64,000 bases of DNA from an uncultured virus (IMG/VR IMGVR_UViG_2877800095_000002) (taxonomy: Duplodnaviria; Heunggongvirae; Uroviricota; Caudoviricetes), in the IMG/VR virus record IMGVR_UViG_2877800095_000002. One strand, given 5' to 3'. The position numbers and the translations under genes are program-made. Within the stretch, counting starts at the first letter, position 1. The number at the start of each line of letters is the position of its first letter. Positions 35,566-46,500 of the stretch are shown here, one piece after another. The notes beneath the pieces were generated by a model, which made no database searches, had not been told where the DNA came from, and saw only the letters and a program-made list of their open reading frames with translations.

Positions 35566-38500
35566 GCAACTTCGCCGAACTGGGCATCAAGGTCGATTCG
35601 AGCCCGGCCGTAAAGGCGGCCGAGGACCTCGACAAGCTGGTCGACTCCGCCGATCAGGCCGAACAGGCAATCGACAACCTGTCCGACGCCAGCAAGGGCC
35701 TCGAGCAGGCCACCAAGGGAGTGTCGCGCGCGGAGGAGGACGCTGCCCGCAGTGTCGACAAGGCGGCCGGTGCGCGTGAACGCCAGGCTGCTGCCAGCCG
35801 GAAGGTATACGACAGTGCCGCTGGCGAGATATCCATCATCAGCCAGTTGGAACGGGCGCTCTCCGGCAACGTCGCCAATATCGACGATCTGATTCGCGCC
35901 GAGAGCTTGCTCGAGCGGGCGCGCAAGGCCGGCCTGACCACGCTGCAGGACGAAGCTCAGTATCAGGATCGCCTGGGTGCGGCCTATGACCGGTTGCAGA
36001 AGGCGGAAACCAAGGAGGCCGCCGAGAAGCAGCGCCTGGTTGCGGCGCAGAACCGGCAGATCGAAGCGATGCAACGCACGGTCAACAGCATCGATCCGGT
36101 GACCGCCGCGTTGGCCAGGCTTGAGAAGCAGGAAGCCGCGTTGCGTGGTCTGCGCGCCGCCGGCGGGCTGGATGACGCCGGGCTGGCCGCCGGCCTGGAG
36201 AAGATCGCGGCGAAGCGGCGGGACATCGAAGGTACCGGCGGCGCGATCAACAAGCTCGGGCTGACCAGCAAGGAAGCGCGCGAGAACGTGCTGCAGTTGG
36301 GTAACGCCCTCTCAACCGGTAACTGGCGGGTCGCCGCCCACAACATCGCCGAGATCGGTGTGAACGCCGGCGGCGCCGCGTCTGGCGTGGTTGGTGTCTT
36401 GGCACCAATTGGGTTGCTGGCAGCGGCGATCGGTGGCTTGAGCGTCGCTTATCTTGCTGGACAGCGCCAAGCTGATGATTTCAACAAGGCGATCATCAGC
36501 ACCGGCAATGCCTCTGGACTGACAGCTCAGCAACTGACCGACATGCTCGGCCGACTTGGCAAAAGCGGAAACTTCTCAGAGGCATCTGAGGCTCTTCTGG
36601 CGCTGGTTCGGTCAGGGCGGCAAGTAGGAAGCGCTTTCGAGGATGTCGCGCGCGCGGCTACGGAGATGTCTGCCGTAACCGGGCGGAGCGCTGGGGACAT
36701 CGCAACTGAACTGGCGGGTGCCAAGGGTAAGGTTGCGGACTTGGCGGCTGAATACAACCGCCAGTACCACTTCATGAACGTCGACACCTTCGCTCAAATC
36801 GAAGCTCTGGAGCGGCAGGGACGTTCAATGGATGCCCTGAAGCTGCTTGCAGGGACGCTGGCCTCGGAGATGAGCGCTCGAAACCGAGAGATTGAGGCGT
36901 CGACCCGCGGAATCGTAAAAGCCTGGGACGATGCGACGAAAGCTGTAAAACGGTATTGGCAGGAACTTAAAAGCCGGACCGCTGCAGACCCTGAGACATT
37001 CAAGCTTCAGGTTTTGCAGGGCCAACTGGAGGACTCACGGAAGCTCCCGGATTCCACGCTGAACCGGAAGAACATTGAGTTCCTCGAAAAAGAGATTGCC
37101 TTGCTTCAGAAGCGGATCAGCGTCCGTGAGGAGGGGCGACGGGCTCAGGCAGAAGGTCAAGAGGACCAAGATAGCTTCATTCAGGCCAGCAAGGACCTGA
37201 ATGCTCAGCTTGATAACGTATCGCCTGCGAAGAAGCGGGCAGCAGCCATTCGCGAGCTCAATGCGCAGTTTCTTGAGCTGCTGAAATCATCGGAACGGCT
37301 TGGTAAGAGGAGCCCTCTGCTCGAGGGGGTTCAGTACGATGGGCGTTCTTTCTCTGGCGGTGCGTACGACCAACTGCGCAAGGGGATTGAGGAGCGCCTG
37401 AAGGACCAGAAGGGCTCCGCCGGTTCGGTGGACCTACGCGCGGCCAACGCCGCGAAGAACAGCTTGGCCGAGATCACCGCGACCTACCGTAACGCGCAAA
37501 AGGAATTGGAGGCATCCCAACGCGCAGGCGTGATCAGCGCGGAAAGCTACGCGCAGCAGCGCATCTCGATCATCCAGCAGGAGCGGGATGAGGTCACCCA
37601 TGCCTACGAGCGTGAAATCGCAGCGCTGGAGGCTGCCAGGGCGAAGCAAGGAACGTCGGCAGCCCAGCGAATCCAACTCGACCAGAAGATCGCCGACGCC
37701 AGGTCGGCCATGGTCAAGGCGCAGAAGGACGCGGACACGGAATTGGCTATTCTGGCTGCGAACGAGGATGGCAGGCTCGCCCGGCAGAAGGCCGCCACTA
37801 AGGCCTATGTCGATCAATTGGAGCGGCAGCGGGCTGCGCTTGCGGCAGCCGGGACTCGAGCGGCGAACTCCCTTGGGCTTGGTGATCGCCAGGCTGGGCT
37901 TCAGAGCAGTCTGGATGGCGCAACGGACCGCTTCAATGACGAGCGCGCCAAACTGCTGGACCGCCGCCGCACAGCGCCGGACAAGTACTCGCAGGAAGAC
38001 TACAAACGTGACTTGGTGATCTTGGCGGAAGCCGAAGACAAGTACCGGGATACGGTGATCTCGAACTACGACAAGATAACCAAGGCCCAAGGGGATTGGC
38101 GCAGCGGTGCTTCCTCTGCCTTCCAGACCTATCTGGAGAGTGCTCGGGACGTGGCGGGTCAAACCAAGAGCCTGTTCACCAGCGCGTTCAGCAGCATGGA
38201 GGACTCAATCGCCAACTTCGCCACGACCGGCAAGTTGTCGTTCTCCGACTTCGCCAAGAGCATCCTGGCCGACATGGCGCGGATTGCAACGCGCGCCGCT
38301 GCTTCGCAGGCCCTTTCGTCCCTCTTCGGTGGCTTCTTCGGGGGTGGAAACGCTGCCGCGCAGTCTGGTGTCGACAATCTGGTGAGCAACAGCGGGCTGT
38401 TCGCCAACGGTGGTGCGTTCGCCGGCGGGGTGCAGATGTTCGCCACTGGCGGGGCCTTCACCAACAGCGTGGTCAGCACGCCAACTGCGTTCGGCATGAG

Positions 38501-38786
38501 CGGCGGCCGCATGGGTGTGATGGGCGAAGCGGGGCCAGAGGCAGTGATGCCTCTGACCAGAACCTCGTCCGGCGCCCTCGGTGTGCGCGCTATGGGCGGT
38601 GGTGGTTCGCAGATCAACGTCGAGGTGAACATTGCCTCGGATGGTTCGGCCAACGTCTCCAGCAGCCAGCCTGGCCTGGACCAGTTCGGTCGCGACATCG
38701 GGACGTTCGTCGAGCAGAAGTACCGACAACTCCTGGCGCGTGATCTGCGGCGTGACGGTGCGATCGGCCGCGCCATCAACAGGTAG
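35562..38786 (+). CDS. Tape measure protein
   Basis: 1074 aa, Ala-rich helical, lambda-H-like C-terminus with GEAGPEAVMPL. Confidence 0.95.
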   Translation: MSNFAELGIKVDSSPAVKAAEDLDKLVDSADQAEQAIDNLSDASKGLEQATKGVSRAEEDAARSVDKAAGARERQAAASRKVYDSAAGEISIISQLERALSGNVANIDDLIRAESLLERARKAGLTTLQDEAQYQDRLGAAYDRLQKAETKEAAEKQRLVAAQNRQIEAMQRTVNSIDPVTAALARLEKQEAALRGLRAAGGLDDAGLAAGLEKIAAKRRDIEGTGGAINKLGLTSKEARENVLQLGNALSTGNWRVAAHNIAEIGVNAGGAASGVVGVLAPIGLLAAAIGGLSVAYLAGQRQADDFNKAIISTGNASGLTAQQLTDMLGRLGKSGNFSEASEALLALVRSGRQVGSAFEDVARAATEMSAVTGRSAGDIATELAGAKGKVADLAAEYNRQYHFMNVDTFAQIEALERQGRSMDALKLLAGTLASEMSARNREIEASTRGIVKAWDDATKAVKRYWQELKSRTAADPETFKLQVLQGQLEDSRKLPDSTLNRKNIEFLEKEIALLQKRISVREEGRRAQAEGQEDQDSFIQASKDLNAQLDNVSPAKKRAAAIRELNAQFLELLKSSERLGKRSPLLEGVQYDGRSFSGGAYDQLRKGIEERLKDQKGSAGSVDLRAANAAKNSLAEITATYRNAQKELEASQRAGVISAESYAQQRISIIQQERDEVTHAYEREIAALEAARAKQGTSAAQRIQLDQKIADARSAMVKAQKDADTELAILAANEDGRLARQKAATKAYVDQLERQRAALAAAGTRAANSLGLGDRQAGLQSSLDGATDRFNDERAKLLDRRRTAPDKYSQEDYKRDLVILAEAEDKYRDTVISNYDKITKAQGDWRSGASSAFQTYLESARDVAGQTKSLFTSAFSSMEDSIANFATTGKLSFSDFAKSILADMARIATRAAASQALSSLFGGFFGGGNAAAQSGVDNLVSNSGLFANGGAFAGGVQMFATGGAFTNSVVSTPTAFGMSGGRMGVMGEAGPEAVMPLTRTSSGALGVRAMGGGGSQINVEVNIASDGSANVSSSQPGLDQFGRDIGTFVEQKYRQLLARDLRRDGAIGRAINR

Positions 38787-38791
38787 GGCAC

Positions 38792-39130
38792 ATGGCAATC
38801 GAAACCTTCACCTGGGCCACCGAGAGCGGTGGCGAGGGCGACATCACCTTCGCCACCAGGTCTGCGCAATTCGGTGACGGCTACAAGCAGTTGGTGAGCG
38901 AAGGTCTGAACAGCAAGTCCCAGAGCTGGCCTGTGTCCATCACCGGGCCGGCGGCGACTATCAAGGCCGCGATGGACTTCCTGGACCGCCACGCTGGAGC
39001 GCGGGCGTTCCTCTGGACGCCGCCCCTGGGTGGCCTGGGCTTCTACACCTGTGCGGGCTACCGGCCCGTCAACCTTGGCGGCCGGGTCTACCGGCTGACC
39101 GCGACCTTTGAACAGGCATTCCATCCATGA
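38792..39130 (+). CDS. Minor tail protein M-like
   Basis: FGDGY.Q..GLN, FL..H.G..AF.WTPP. Confidence 0.88.
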   Translation: MAIETFTWATESGGEGDITFATRSAQFGDGYKQLVSEGLNSKSQSWPVSITGPAATIKAAMDFLDRHAGARAFLWTPPLGGLGFYTCAGYRPVNLGGRVYRLTATFEQAFHP

Positions 39131-39876
39131 CACTGATCACCGATATCCAGAAGCTGGAGCCCGGCGGCGAGGTCGTGCTGTTCGAACTCGACGGCAGCGA
39201 CTTCGGCGCCGACGTGGTCCGGTTCCACGGACACGCTATCCCGCACAGCCCGCAGGAACTGGCCGCCGCCGGTGCCAACGCCGACCAGTTACCGGCGAAA
39301 CCGATCTGGTGGCAGGGCCACGAATACGCGGCCTGGCCGGTGCAGATCGAGGGCATCGAGGCGAACAGCGATGGTACTGCGGCGCGGCCGAGCTTCACCG
39401 CCGGCAACGTCAATGGCCGGATTACGGCGCTCTGCCTGGCGTTCGAGGACCTGCTCCAGTTCCGCCTCACCATCCGGACGACGCTGGCGAAGTATCTGGA
39501 CGCGGCGAACTTCCCTGGCGGCAATCCCGACGCTGATCCCTCCCAGGAGATCGTCGAGATCTGGTACTTGGACCAGAAAACCAACGAGGACGGCCAGTAC
39601 GTGGCCTGGGAACTGGCCTCGCCAGGTGACGTTGGCGGCGAGCAGGTCGGCCGGCAGATGACCACCCTGTGCCACTGGGCGATGACGGGCGGGTACCGCG
39701 GGCCCGACTGCGGCTACACCGGCCCGTACTTCGACATCGACGGCAACCCCACCGATGACCCAGCCCGGGACGAGTGTGATGGCTGCCTGGGCACCGGTTG
39801 CATCCCGCGCTTCGGTGAAGGCAACCAACTGCCCTTCGGCGGCTTCCCTGCCGTCTCGATCATCGCCAGGAGCTGA
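39127..39876 (+). CDS. Minor tail protein L-like
   Basis: C.W..YRG.DCGY..C..C..RFG..FGGFP. Confidence 0.9.
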   Translation: MTLITDIQKLEPGGEVVLFELDGSDFGADVVRFHGHAIPHSPQELAAAGANADQLPAKPIWWQGHEYAAWPVQIEGIEANSDGTAARPSFTAGNVNGRITALCLAFEDLLQFRLTIRTTLAKYLDAANFPGGNPDADPSQEIVEIWYLDQKTNEDGQYVAWELASPGDVGGEQVGRQMTTLCHWAMTGGYRGPDCGYTGPYFDIDGNPTDDPARDECDGCLGTGCIPRFGEGNQLPFGGFPAVSIIARS

Positions 39877-39878
39877 CC

Positions 39879-40634
39879 ATGCTCAAGCACATCCTGTCTG
39901 CCGTGCAGAAGCAGGCTGCGGCAGAGTATCCGCGCGAGTGCTGCGGACTGATCATCCGTTCTGGCCGGAGCCAGCGATACGTTCCCTGCGAAAACACCGC
40001 TACCGACGCCGGCGAGGAGTTCCGCATCGCGCCGGAGGCGTATGCAGAGGCAGAGGACCAGGGAGAGATCGTCGCCGTGGTGCACAGCCACCCCGACGCC
40101 ACCAGCCGACCAAGTGCCGCAGACGTCGCTATGTGCAACGCATCGGGTCTGACTTGGCACATCCTGAGCTGGCCGGAGGGCGACCTGCGTACCATCGAGC
40201 CCGTCGATCAGGTGCCGCTGCTCGGGCGCGCGTTCGTGCATGGGGTGCAGGACTGCTGGCAGGTCTGCGCCGACTGGTACCAGAGGGAGTGGGGCATCGA
40301 GTTCCCGCACTTCGAGCGTGCCGATGGCTGGTGGGAGCGGGCAGACGGTCCAAGCCTCTACGAACAGCGGTTCGAGGCTGCTGGCTTCATCCGGGTGGAC
40401 CGGCCGCAGCGCGGCGACATGATCGTGATGGCGGTGGGGCGCACCGCGCACCCGAACCACGCCGGAATCTACCTGGCGGACGATCCATCACTACCTGGCG
40501 AGGATATGCAACACTTCGGCGCCGGGCCGTTCCTGTTGCACCACCTGTACGGCAAGCCCAGCGAAATCATCGTGTTCGGTGGGCCGTGGCTCGACCGGAT
40601 GCGCTTGGTGCTGCGGCACTGGCACGCGAAATGA
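39879..40634 (+). CDS. Tail assembly protein K (JAB plus NlpC/P60)
   Basis: YP.ECCG, HSHP..PS..D, DCW, NHAGIY. Confidence 0.9.
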   Translation: MLKHILSAVQKQAAAEYPRECCGLIIRSGRSQRYVPCENTATDAGEEFRIAPEAYAEAEDQGEIVAVVHSHPDATSRPSAADVAMCNASGLTWHILSWPEGDLRTIEPVDQVPLLGRAFVHGVQDCWQVCADWYQREWGIEFPHFERADGWWERADGPSLYEQRFEAAGFIRVDRPQRGDMIVMAVGRTAHPNHAGIYLADDPSLPGEDMQHFGAGPFLLHHLYGKPSEIIVFGGPWLDRMRLVLRHWHAK

Positions 40635-40659
40635 AGCGGCTGTGCCGCGGGAGGAGAGT

Positions 40660-40908
40660 ATGCAGCAGCGCTATTTGCTAACCATCCATGACCTTTTTAC
40701 GGTGCGCGATGGCGTGCGGTGCGGCGGCGAGGCGTTCGTGGCAATCCTCGACGATCAGGATGAAATCGACCGATTGAGATTCGCCGGCATGACGAGTCCA
40801 GGTAGCGCTGGGTATCGTCGTAGCTATTCCGGGAAGCCTGGGCTCACCGCACGACTGGTTTCTGGTCCAGGGCGTATCACCTTTGAAGCGATCAGCTCGG
40901 CGGCGTGA
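40660..40908 (+). CDS. Moron hypothetical protein
   Basis: GAGGAG RBS; between K and I. Confidence 0.55.
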   Translation: MQQRYLLTIHDLFTVRDGVRCGGEAFVAILDDQDEIDRLRFAGMTSPGSAGYRRSYSGKPGLTARLVSGPGRITFEAISSAA

Positions 40909-41122
40909 GTCCGCCGACAAAGTTGTCAGTGCCCACCTCGTGCGAGCCGTATTCGACGCCGAAGCCTTCGCCGTGCAGTAACGCCTCAGCGTCCACTGCT
41001 TCCTTGGACGCATAAATATCCATGAATCTCCAAGGTGCGCTCTGGGCAACCGCCCAGCCTGGAACCCAGCCGGGATTGCTCGGGTCTTTAGGCAGATTGT
41101 GGACGAGACTTCTAATGATCAT
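40892..41122 (-). CDS. Moron hypothetical protein
   Basis: GGAG RBS, lower GC. Confidence 0.6.
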   Translation of the reverse strand: MIIRSLVHNLPKDPSNPGWVPGWAVAQSAPWRFMDIYASKEAVDAEALLHGEGFGVEYGSHEVGTDNFVGGLTPPS

Positions 41123-41158
41123 GTGATCTCCATTGTCAGGTGAATACCTTCCGGTGTC

Positions 41159-41410
41159 TTACGGCAGGGCACGCAGTACGTGTCCTATCTCATAGTCGCC
41201 CAGGTTCACCACCCAGCTTCCTTCCAATGGAGCCAGATAGCCGAGCCTGGTGCCGTCAGGGGCAAAGAGCACAGAGTCAATAATGCTGAAGGGTGGCTGT
41301 CCAGGCACCGTCGTTTGTCCAATGCCATCCACGATATAACCAAGCACCTCCGTCGAGGCTCTGCTCTTGAAAATTGCCCACTTCCCAGTTAGATACGACT
41401 TTTCGGCCAT
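41159..41410 (-). CDS. Moron hypothetical protein
   Basis: AAGGAG RBS, lower GC. Confidence 0.6.
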   Translation of the reverse strand: MAEKSYLTGKWAIFKSRASTEVLGYIVDGIGQTTVPGQPPFSIIDSVLFAPDGTRLGYLAPLEGSWVVNLGDYEIGHVLRALP

Positions 41411-41688
41411 AAAATGCTCCTTGTAGCTGTGGCAGATATCCATTGCGGCCTCGTGGTCTGTTTTGACGAGGCTGTTCAAGATTACGGGACCTGAGTTTCT
41501 GGTGGCACTGTGATTCTATCCAGCCTTGAAACGACTGAGGTAGACCCAGCGGTACGGCAGGATGCGTCTGGTACTGCGTTATCGAGAACGCTCCTTGTCC
41601 GCTTGAGTCCAGCTGTGTGCCGGGTTCTCGTGCTGGCGTGGTGATGGTAGAGTCCGTCCCTTTCCAAAGTCGCTGCGGAGAGCAATGG

Positions 41689-42252
41689 ATGCGCATCCTG
41701 GGAATTCTTGCGCTGGTGGTTGGGGCCGTGCTGCTCATCAGCGCGCTCGCCATGGACACTACTGTTGGCACCATGTCTGGCGATCGAGTGAACAACATAG
41801 GCCTCATTGCTGCCAGAGAACAGAGAACAATCATTGCTGGCATTGCACTCATTATTGGCGTACTGCTTGTAGTGCTTGGAAAAAGGAAGGTGCTTACGCC
41901 GACGCCTGCAGTTGCCTTTGACTCTCGGCCATGTCCGTATTGCGCAGAAACTATTAAGTGTGCCGCCGTCAAGTGTCGATTCTGCGGCGCGGACGTGGAC
42001 GCGACCCCGGCTCCCGAGGGGCCGCCTCCTCTAACTCATGGGTGGACAGTGAATATCGCATGTAAGCCCGGAGAGGAATTTGATGGGCATCTTGCGAAGC
42101 TCGAAGAACTTCAGTTGCCAATATTCTCCAGTGCTGAATCGACAATTGTGGTCGGACCATACGCGGAGAAGAAAAAGGCAGACTCGGTTAAAAGAAGGCT
42201 TAGTGCAGTCCACTATATGCATGGAAAACTGGACTGGATAGAGAAGAAGTAG
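41689..42252 (+). CDS. Membrane protein with Zn ribbon and SPOR-like C-terminus
   Basis: Two TM segments, CPYC..CRFC, VVGPY....A...K.L. Confidence 0.7.
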   Translation: MRILGILALVVGAVLLISALAMDTTVGTMSGDRVNNIGLIAAREQRTIIAGIALIIGVLLVVLGKRKVLTPTPAVAFDSRPCPYCAETIKCAAVKCRFCGADVDATPAPEGPPPLTHGWTVNIACKPGEEFDGHLAKLEELQLPIFSSAESTIVVGPYAEKKKADSVKRRLSAVHYMHGKLDWIEKK

Positions 42253-42322
42253 ATACCCCCGCTGTTTATCGATTTCAGTGCAGAACCGCCTCCGGGCGGT
42301 TTTTTATTACCTGGAGAAAAAC

Positions 42323-42907
42323 ATGACCATCGCAGCGCACCACACTCCGATGACCACCATCAAGCTCTATGGCGCGCTCCGGCAGTTCGGCCGGGAGTAC
42401 CGTATGCTCGTCGGGTCGACTGCTGAAGCGATCAAGGCCTTGTGCGTGCAGATTCCAGGCCTCGAGCGCTTCCTCGCCAATGCCCACCTGCGAGGTATGG
42501 AGTTCGCTGTATTCCGTGGGAAACGGAACATTTCCCAGGATGAACTGCAGTTCGGGGGCGCCGAGGAAATTCGCATTGCTCCGGTCATGCGTGGCCGGAA
42601 GCGTGGCGGGTTGGTGCAGACGATAGTCGGGGCCGCCTTGATAGCTGCTTCCTACGTTTCCCCCGTCATAGCCCCGTATGCGCTGCCAGCAGGGATAGGG
42701 ATGGTTGCCGGCGGCGTCATCCAAATGCTCAGCCCCCAAGCCAAGGGCCTGAGCCAGTCAGCCGCCCCGGAGAACCTGCCCAGCTACGCCTTCGGCAGCG
42801 CCAGAAATACTACCGCCAGCGGGAACCCGGTGCCGATCTGCTACGGGAAGCGCCGTTGGGGCGGGGCGATTATCTCGGCATCGATTTATTCGGAAGACAA
42901 AATTTAA
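42323..42907 (+). CDS. Tail assembly protein I
   Basis: I.LYG.L..FGR, EAIKALC.Q.PG, SYAFG..NT.A.G.PVP..YG. Confidence 0.92.
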   Translation: MTIAAHHTPMTTIKLYGALRQFGREYRMLVGSTAEAIKALCVQIPGLERFLANAHLRGMEFAVFRGKRNISQDELQFGGAEEIRIAPVMRGRKRGGLVQTIVGAALIAASYVSPVIAPYALPAGIGMVAGGVIQMLSPQAKGLSQSAAPENLPSYAFGSARNTTASGNPVPICYGKRRWGGAIISASIYSEDKI

Positions 42908-43437
42908 TTAGGAATGTTTTCTTGCTTGTTTAGAGAGTATCTGTAAGAGAATTTTTTGCCATATATAGAGCTGAAGTCTATTTGATAGTCGAAACTTGTG
43001 TTTGGTGGCTGTAATGTTGTGAATATAAGCCTGGGGGTCGTGCACTCTTTGTTGTCGTGGATGTCTACAAGGACGATCTCCTCACCTGTTTTTAGTGAGT
43101 CGTTAGGACGAGGCGTTCCGGCAGTTGCGCAATATGGGGGGATTCCTTGTTTGGCTAGTGCGTGTAGAATGTTTCCGTCTATTTCCTTGCCATTCTCGTA
43201 GAATGTTATTTTGTCTATATATGCTGGTCCTAGCCCGTTATTGAATATTATCATTTGGTAATTATCTTTAAGGGATAGGTATGAGTTTACTCTTGGTTCG
43301 ACGCTTATGTAGTTGTGTTCCTTAAGAGTATAGGCTTGATATGCGCTTAGGGTTACGGCAGTTATTGAAGTTATCAGGGCGCACCACTCAATCCAATGTG
43401 ATCGTGAGGCCTTCTCTTGGTTGCTCATGATTTTCAT
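42904..43437 (-). CDS. Very AT-rich membrane-anchored moron protein
   Basis: N-terminal TM, N.GLGPA motif; antisense between I and J. Confidence 0.8.
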   Translation of the reverse strand: MKIMSNQEKASRSHWIEWCALITSITAVTLSAYQAYTLKEHNYISVEPRVNSYLSLKDNYQMIIFNNGLGPAYIDKITFYENGKEIDGNILHALAKQGIPPYCATAGTPRPNDSLKTGEEIVLVDIHDNKECTTPRLIFTTLQPPNTSFDYQIDFSSIYGKKFSYRYSLNKQENIPN

Positions 43438-43552
43438 TCCTTGAAAGTGAAGTTGAATTTCCAATTTATATAGATAAACCCGCTAAGTGAATTTCTACTA
43501 GCACTTTAGATAGCCCGCTTATGTGCGGGCTATTTCATGCCCGGAGGAAAGC

Positions 43553-46500
43553 ATGGGCGCAGAAAACCAGCACCTGACCGGCCGCAAGGGCGGCAGTAGC
43601 AAGCCGAAACAGCCGGTCGAGGCACCCGACAGCCTGCGCTCGGTCGCGATGGCCAAGATCCTGCTTGCCGTGGGCGAAGGCGAGTTCGCCGGCGTTCCGA
43701 GCGAGCGCGATATCTACCTCGACAACACCCCACTGATGGACCCGAGCGGTAACCTGAACTTCCCCAACGTTAAGTGGGAGTGGCGCGCGGGGGCGGTGGA
43801 CCAGGACTACATCCCTGGCATCCCTGCCGTTGAGAACGAAACCAGCGTCAACGTCGAGTTGCGCAGCGATACGCCCTGGGTGCGCTCGCTGAGCAATACC
43901 CAGCTTTCCGCAGTGCGTCTGCGCTTCGCCTGGCCAGCGCTCCAGCAGCAGGACACCAACGGCAACATCGGCGGGTACCGGATCGAATATGCCGTAGATC
44001 TGGCCACCGACGGCGGCGCCTATCAGGAGGTGCTGCGCGAGGCCGTCGATGGCAAGACCACCACCCGCTACGAGCGTTCCCGCCGGATCGACCTGCCGGC
44101 GGCCACCAATGGCTGGCAGGTGCGCGTCCGCCGCCTGACGCCGAACCAGAACAACAACCGCATCGCCGACACCATGCTGATCGCCGGCTACACCGAGGTG
44201 ATCGACGCGAAGCTGCGCTACCCGAACACGGCCCTGCTGTACGTCGAGTTCAGCGCAGAGCAGTTCAGCAACATTCCGGCTGTCACAGTCGACTGTCGCG
44301 GGCGGAAGGTCCAAGTGCCGAGCAATTACGATCCGGAGACCCGGGCCTACCTCGGCATCTGGGACGGCACGATGAAACAGGCCTGGACCGACAACCCGGT
44401 CTGGCACACCTACGACATCGTGACCAACGATCGCTTCGGTGTGGGTAAACGCATCAAGGCCTGGATGGTCGATCGCTGGGAGATGTACCGGATTTCCCAG
44501 TACTGCGACCAGTTGGTGCCGGATGGGAAGGGTGGCCAGGAGCCGCGACACACCTGCAACCTGAACCTGCAAAGCCGCGCCGGGGCCTGGGAGCTGCTGC
44601 GTGACCTCACCGCGATCTACCGTGGTATGGCGTACTGGGCCCAGGGCCAACTGAAGATCCAGGCGGATATCCCGCGCGCCACCGACGTCGATTTCGCCTA
44701 CACCCGGGCCAATGTCATTGACGACCGCTTCAGCTACGGCTCGGCCAGTGAGCGCACTCGCTACAGCCGTGCCTTGGTCAGCTACGACAATCCGGCGAAC
44801 AACTACGACACCGACGTGGCTGTGGCCACCGATAAGCGCCTGCAGCGGCGTTACGGCGACAACCCGGTCGAGGTGGCAGCCATTGGCTGCACCCGCGAGA
44901 GTGAGGCCCAGCGGCGCGGAAAATGGGCGATCCTGACCAACAGCCAGGATCGCACGATAACGTTCCGTACCGGGATGGACGGAGCAATCCCGCTGCCGGG
45001 ATGGGTGATTCCGGTGGCTGATGCGCTGTTGGCTGGACGGGAGATCGGCGGGAGGATCTCGGCGGTTGCTGGCCGAGTGATCACCTTGGATCGCGATACT
45101 CAGGCGAAGGCTGGCGACCGGCTGCTCCTGAACCTGCCCAGCGGTAAGGCTGAGGCGCGAACCGTGCAGTCGGTAACCGGGCGCGCGGTGACCGTGACGA
45201 CAGCCTACAGCGAGACCCCGCTACCGGAACTGGTCTGGACCCTCGATGCCGACGACCTGGCGGTGCCGCTCTACCGTGTGATGAAAGTCAGCCAGCCGGA
45301 GCGGGGTGTCTTCGAGATCACCGCTCTGCAGTATGAGCCCGGGAAGTTCTCGGCGATCGACACTGGTGCCAAGTTGGAGAGCCGGCCGATCAGCGTTATC
45401 CCGATCACCACAGTTGCGCCGCCGGCGAGCGTCACGCTGACCTCGCACTACCAGTTCGATCAGGGGTTGGCGGTCAGCACGATGACCATCGCCTGGCCTG
45501 TTGTAGAAGGGGCGGTGGCATACGACGTCGAGTGGAAGAAGGACAGCGGCAACTGGATCCGCCTGCCGCGTGCCGGCACCACCAGCGTCGATGTGACCGG
45601 CATCTACGCAGGAGGCTATCTGGCGCGGGTGCGCGCGGTGTCGGCGTTCGACATCACGTCGGTCTGGAAGAGCTCGATCCTGACCCAGCTCAGCGGTAAG
45701 ACCGGCGCGCCACCGGCGCTGGCGTTCCTGCGTACCACCAGCGGACCGTGGAAGATCGGCCTGGAGTGGGCATTCCCGGCCAGTGGCGCGGCGGACACCG
45801 CCTACACCGAGATCCAACAGTCGGTTACCCCGGGCGGCAGCGAACAGAACGCAACTGCCCTGGGCTTGTTCGCATACCCGACCGACACCCACACGCTGAC
45901 CTCGCTGGCGGCCGGCGCTCGCCTGGCCTTCCGCGGGCGGCTGATCGACCGGACCGGCAACGTCGGCCCCTGGTCGGCCTGGGTCGACGGTATCAGCTCG
46001 ACGGATGCGAGCGAGTACAACGAACTGATCACCAAGGAGTACGTCGAGTCCGCGCTGGGCGAGCAGTTCTTCGCCGACATCGATCAGATGCAGGTCGATA
46101 TCAGTGGCCTGCAGGACCAGATCGACAATCTGACCGATGTGCTGGCCTACGACCCGACGAAGACCTACGCGAAGAACGATATCGTGCGGGTCGGCAACCG
46201 GCTGTATCAAGCGAAGCAGGCGGTGCCGCTCAACGCCTCTCCGCCGAATGCGACCTACTGGGCCGACATCGGACAGTCGATCGAGACGGCCAACGGCCTG
46301 GCCCAGCAGGTGGCCACCAACACTGCGGATATCACCGAGCTCGACGGTAAGGTCGAAGCGGCGGCTTCGAGCCTGGATGTTCTGCAGGCTGCCGCCCGCC
46401 GGGAGCCGGCGACCGGAGAGAAGGCCGATGCGCTGAAGGGCTGGGACACCATTGCTCGAGCCGCCACCGAAGTCACCGTGCGGGCGAACGAGGACGAAGC

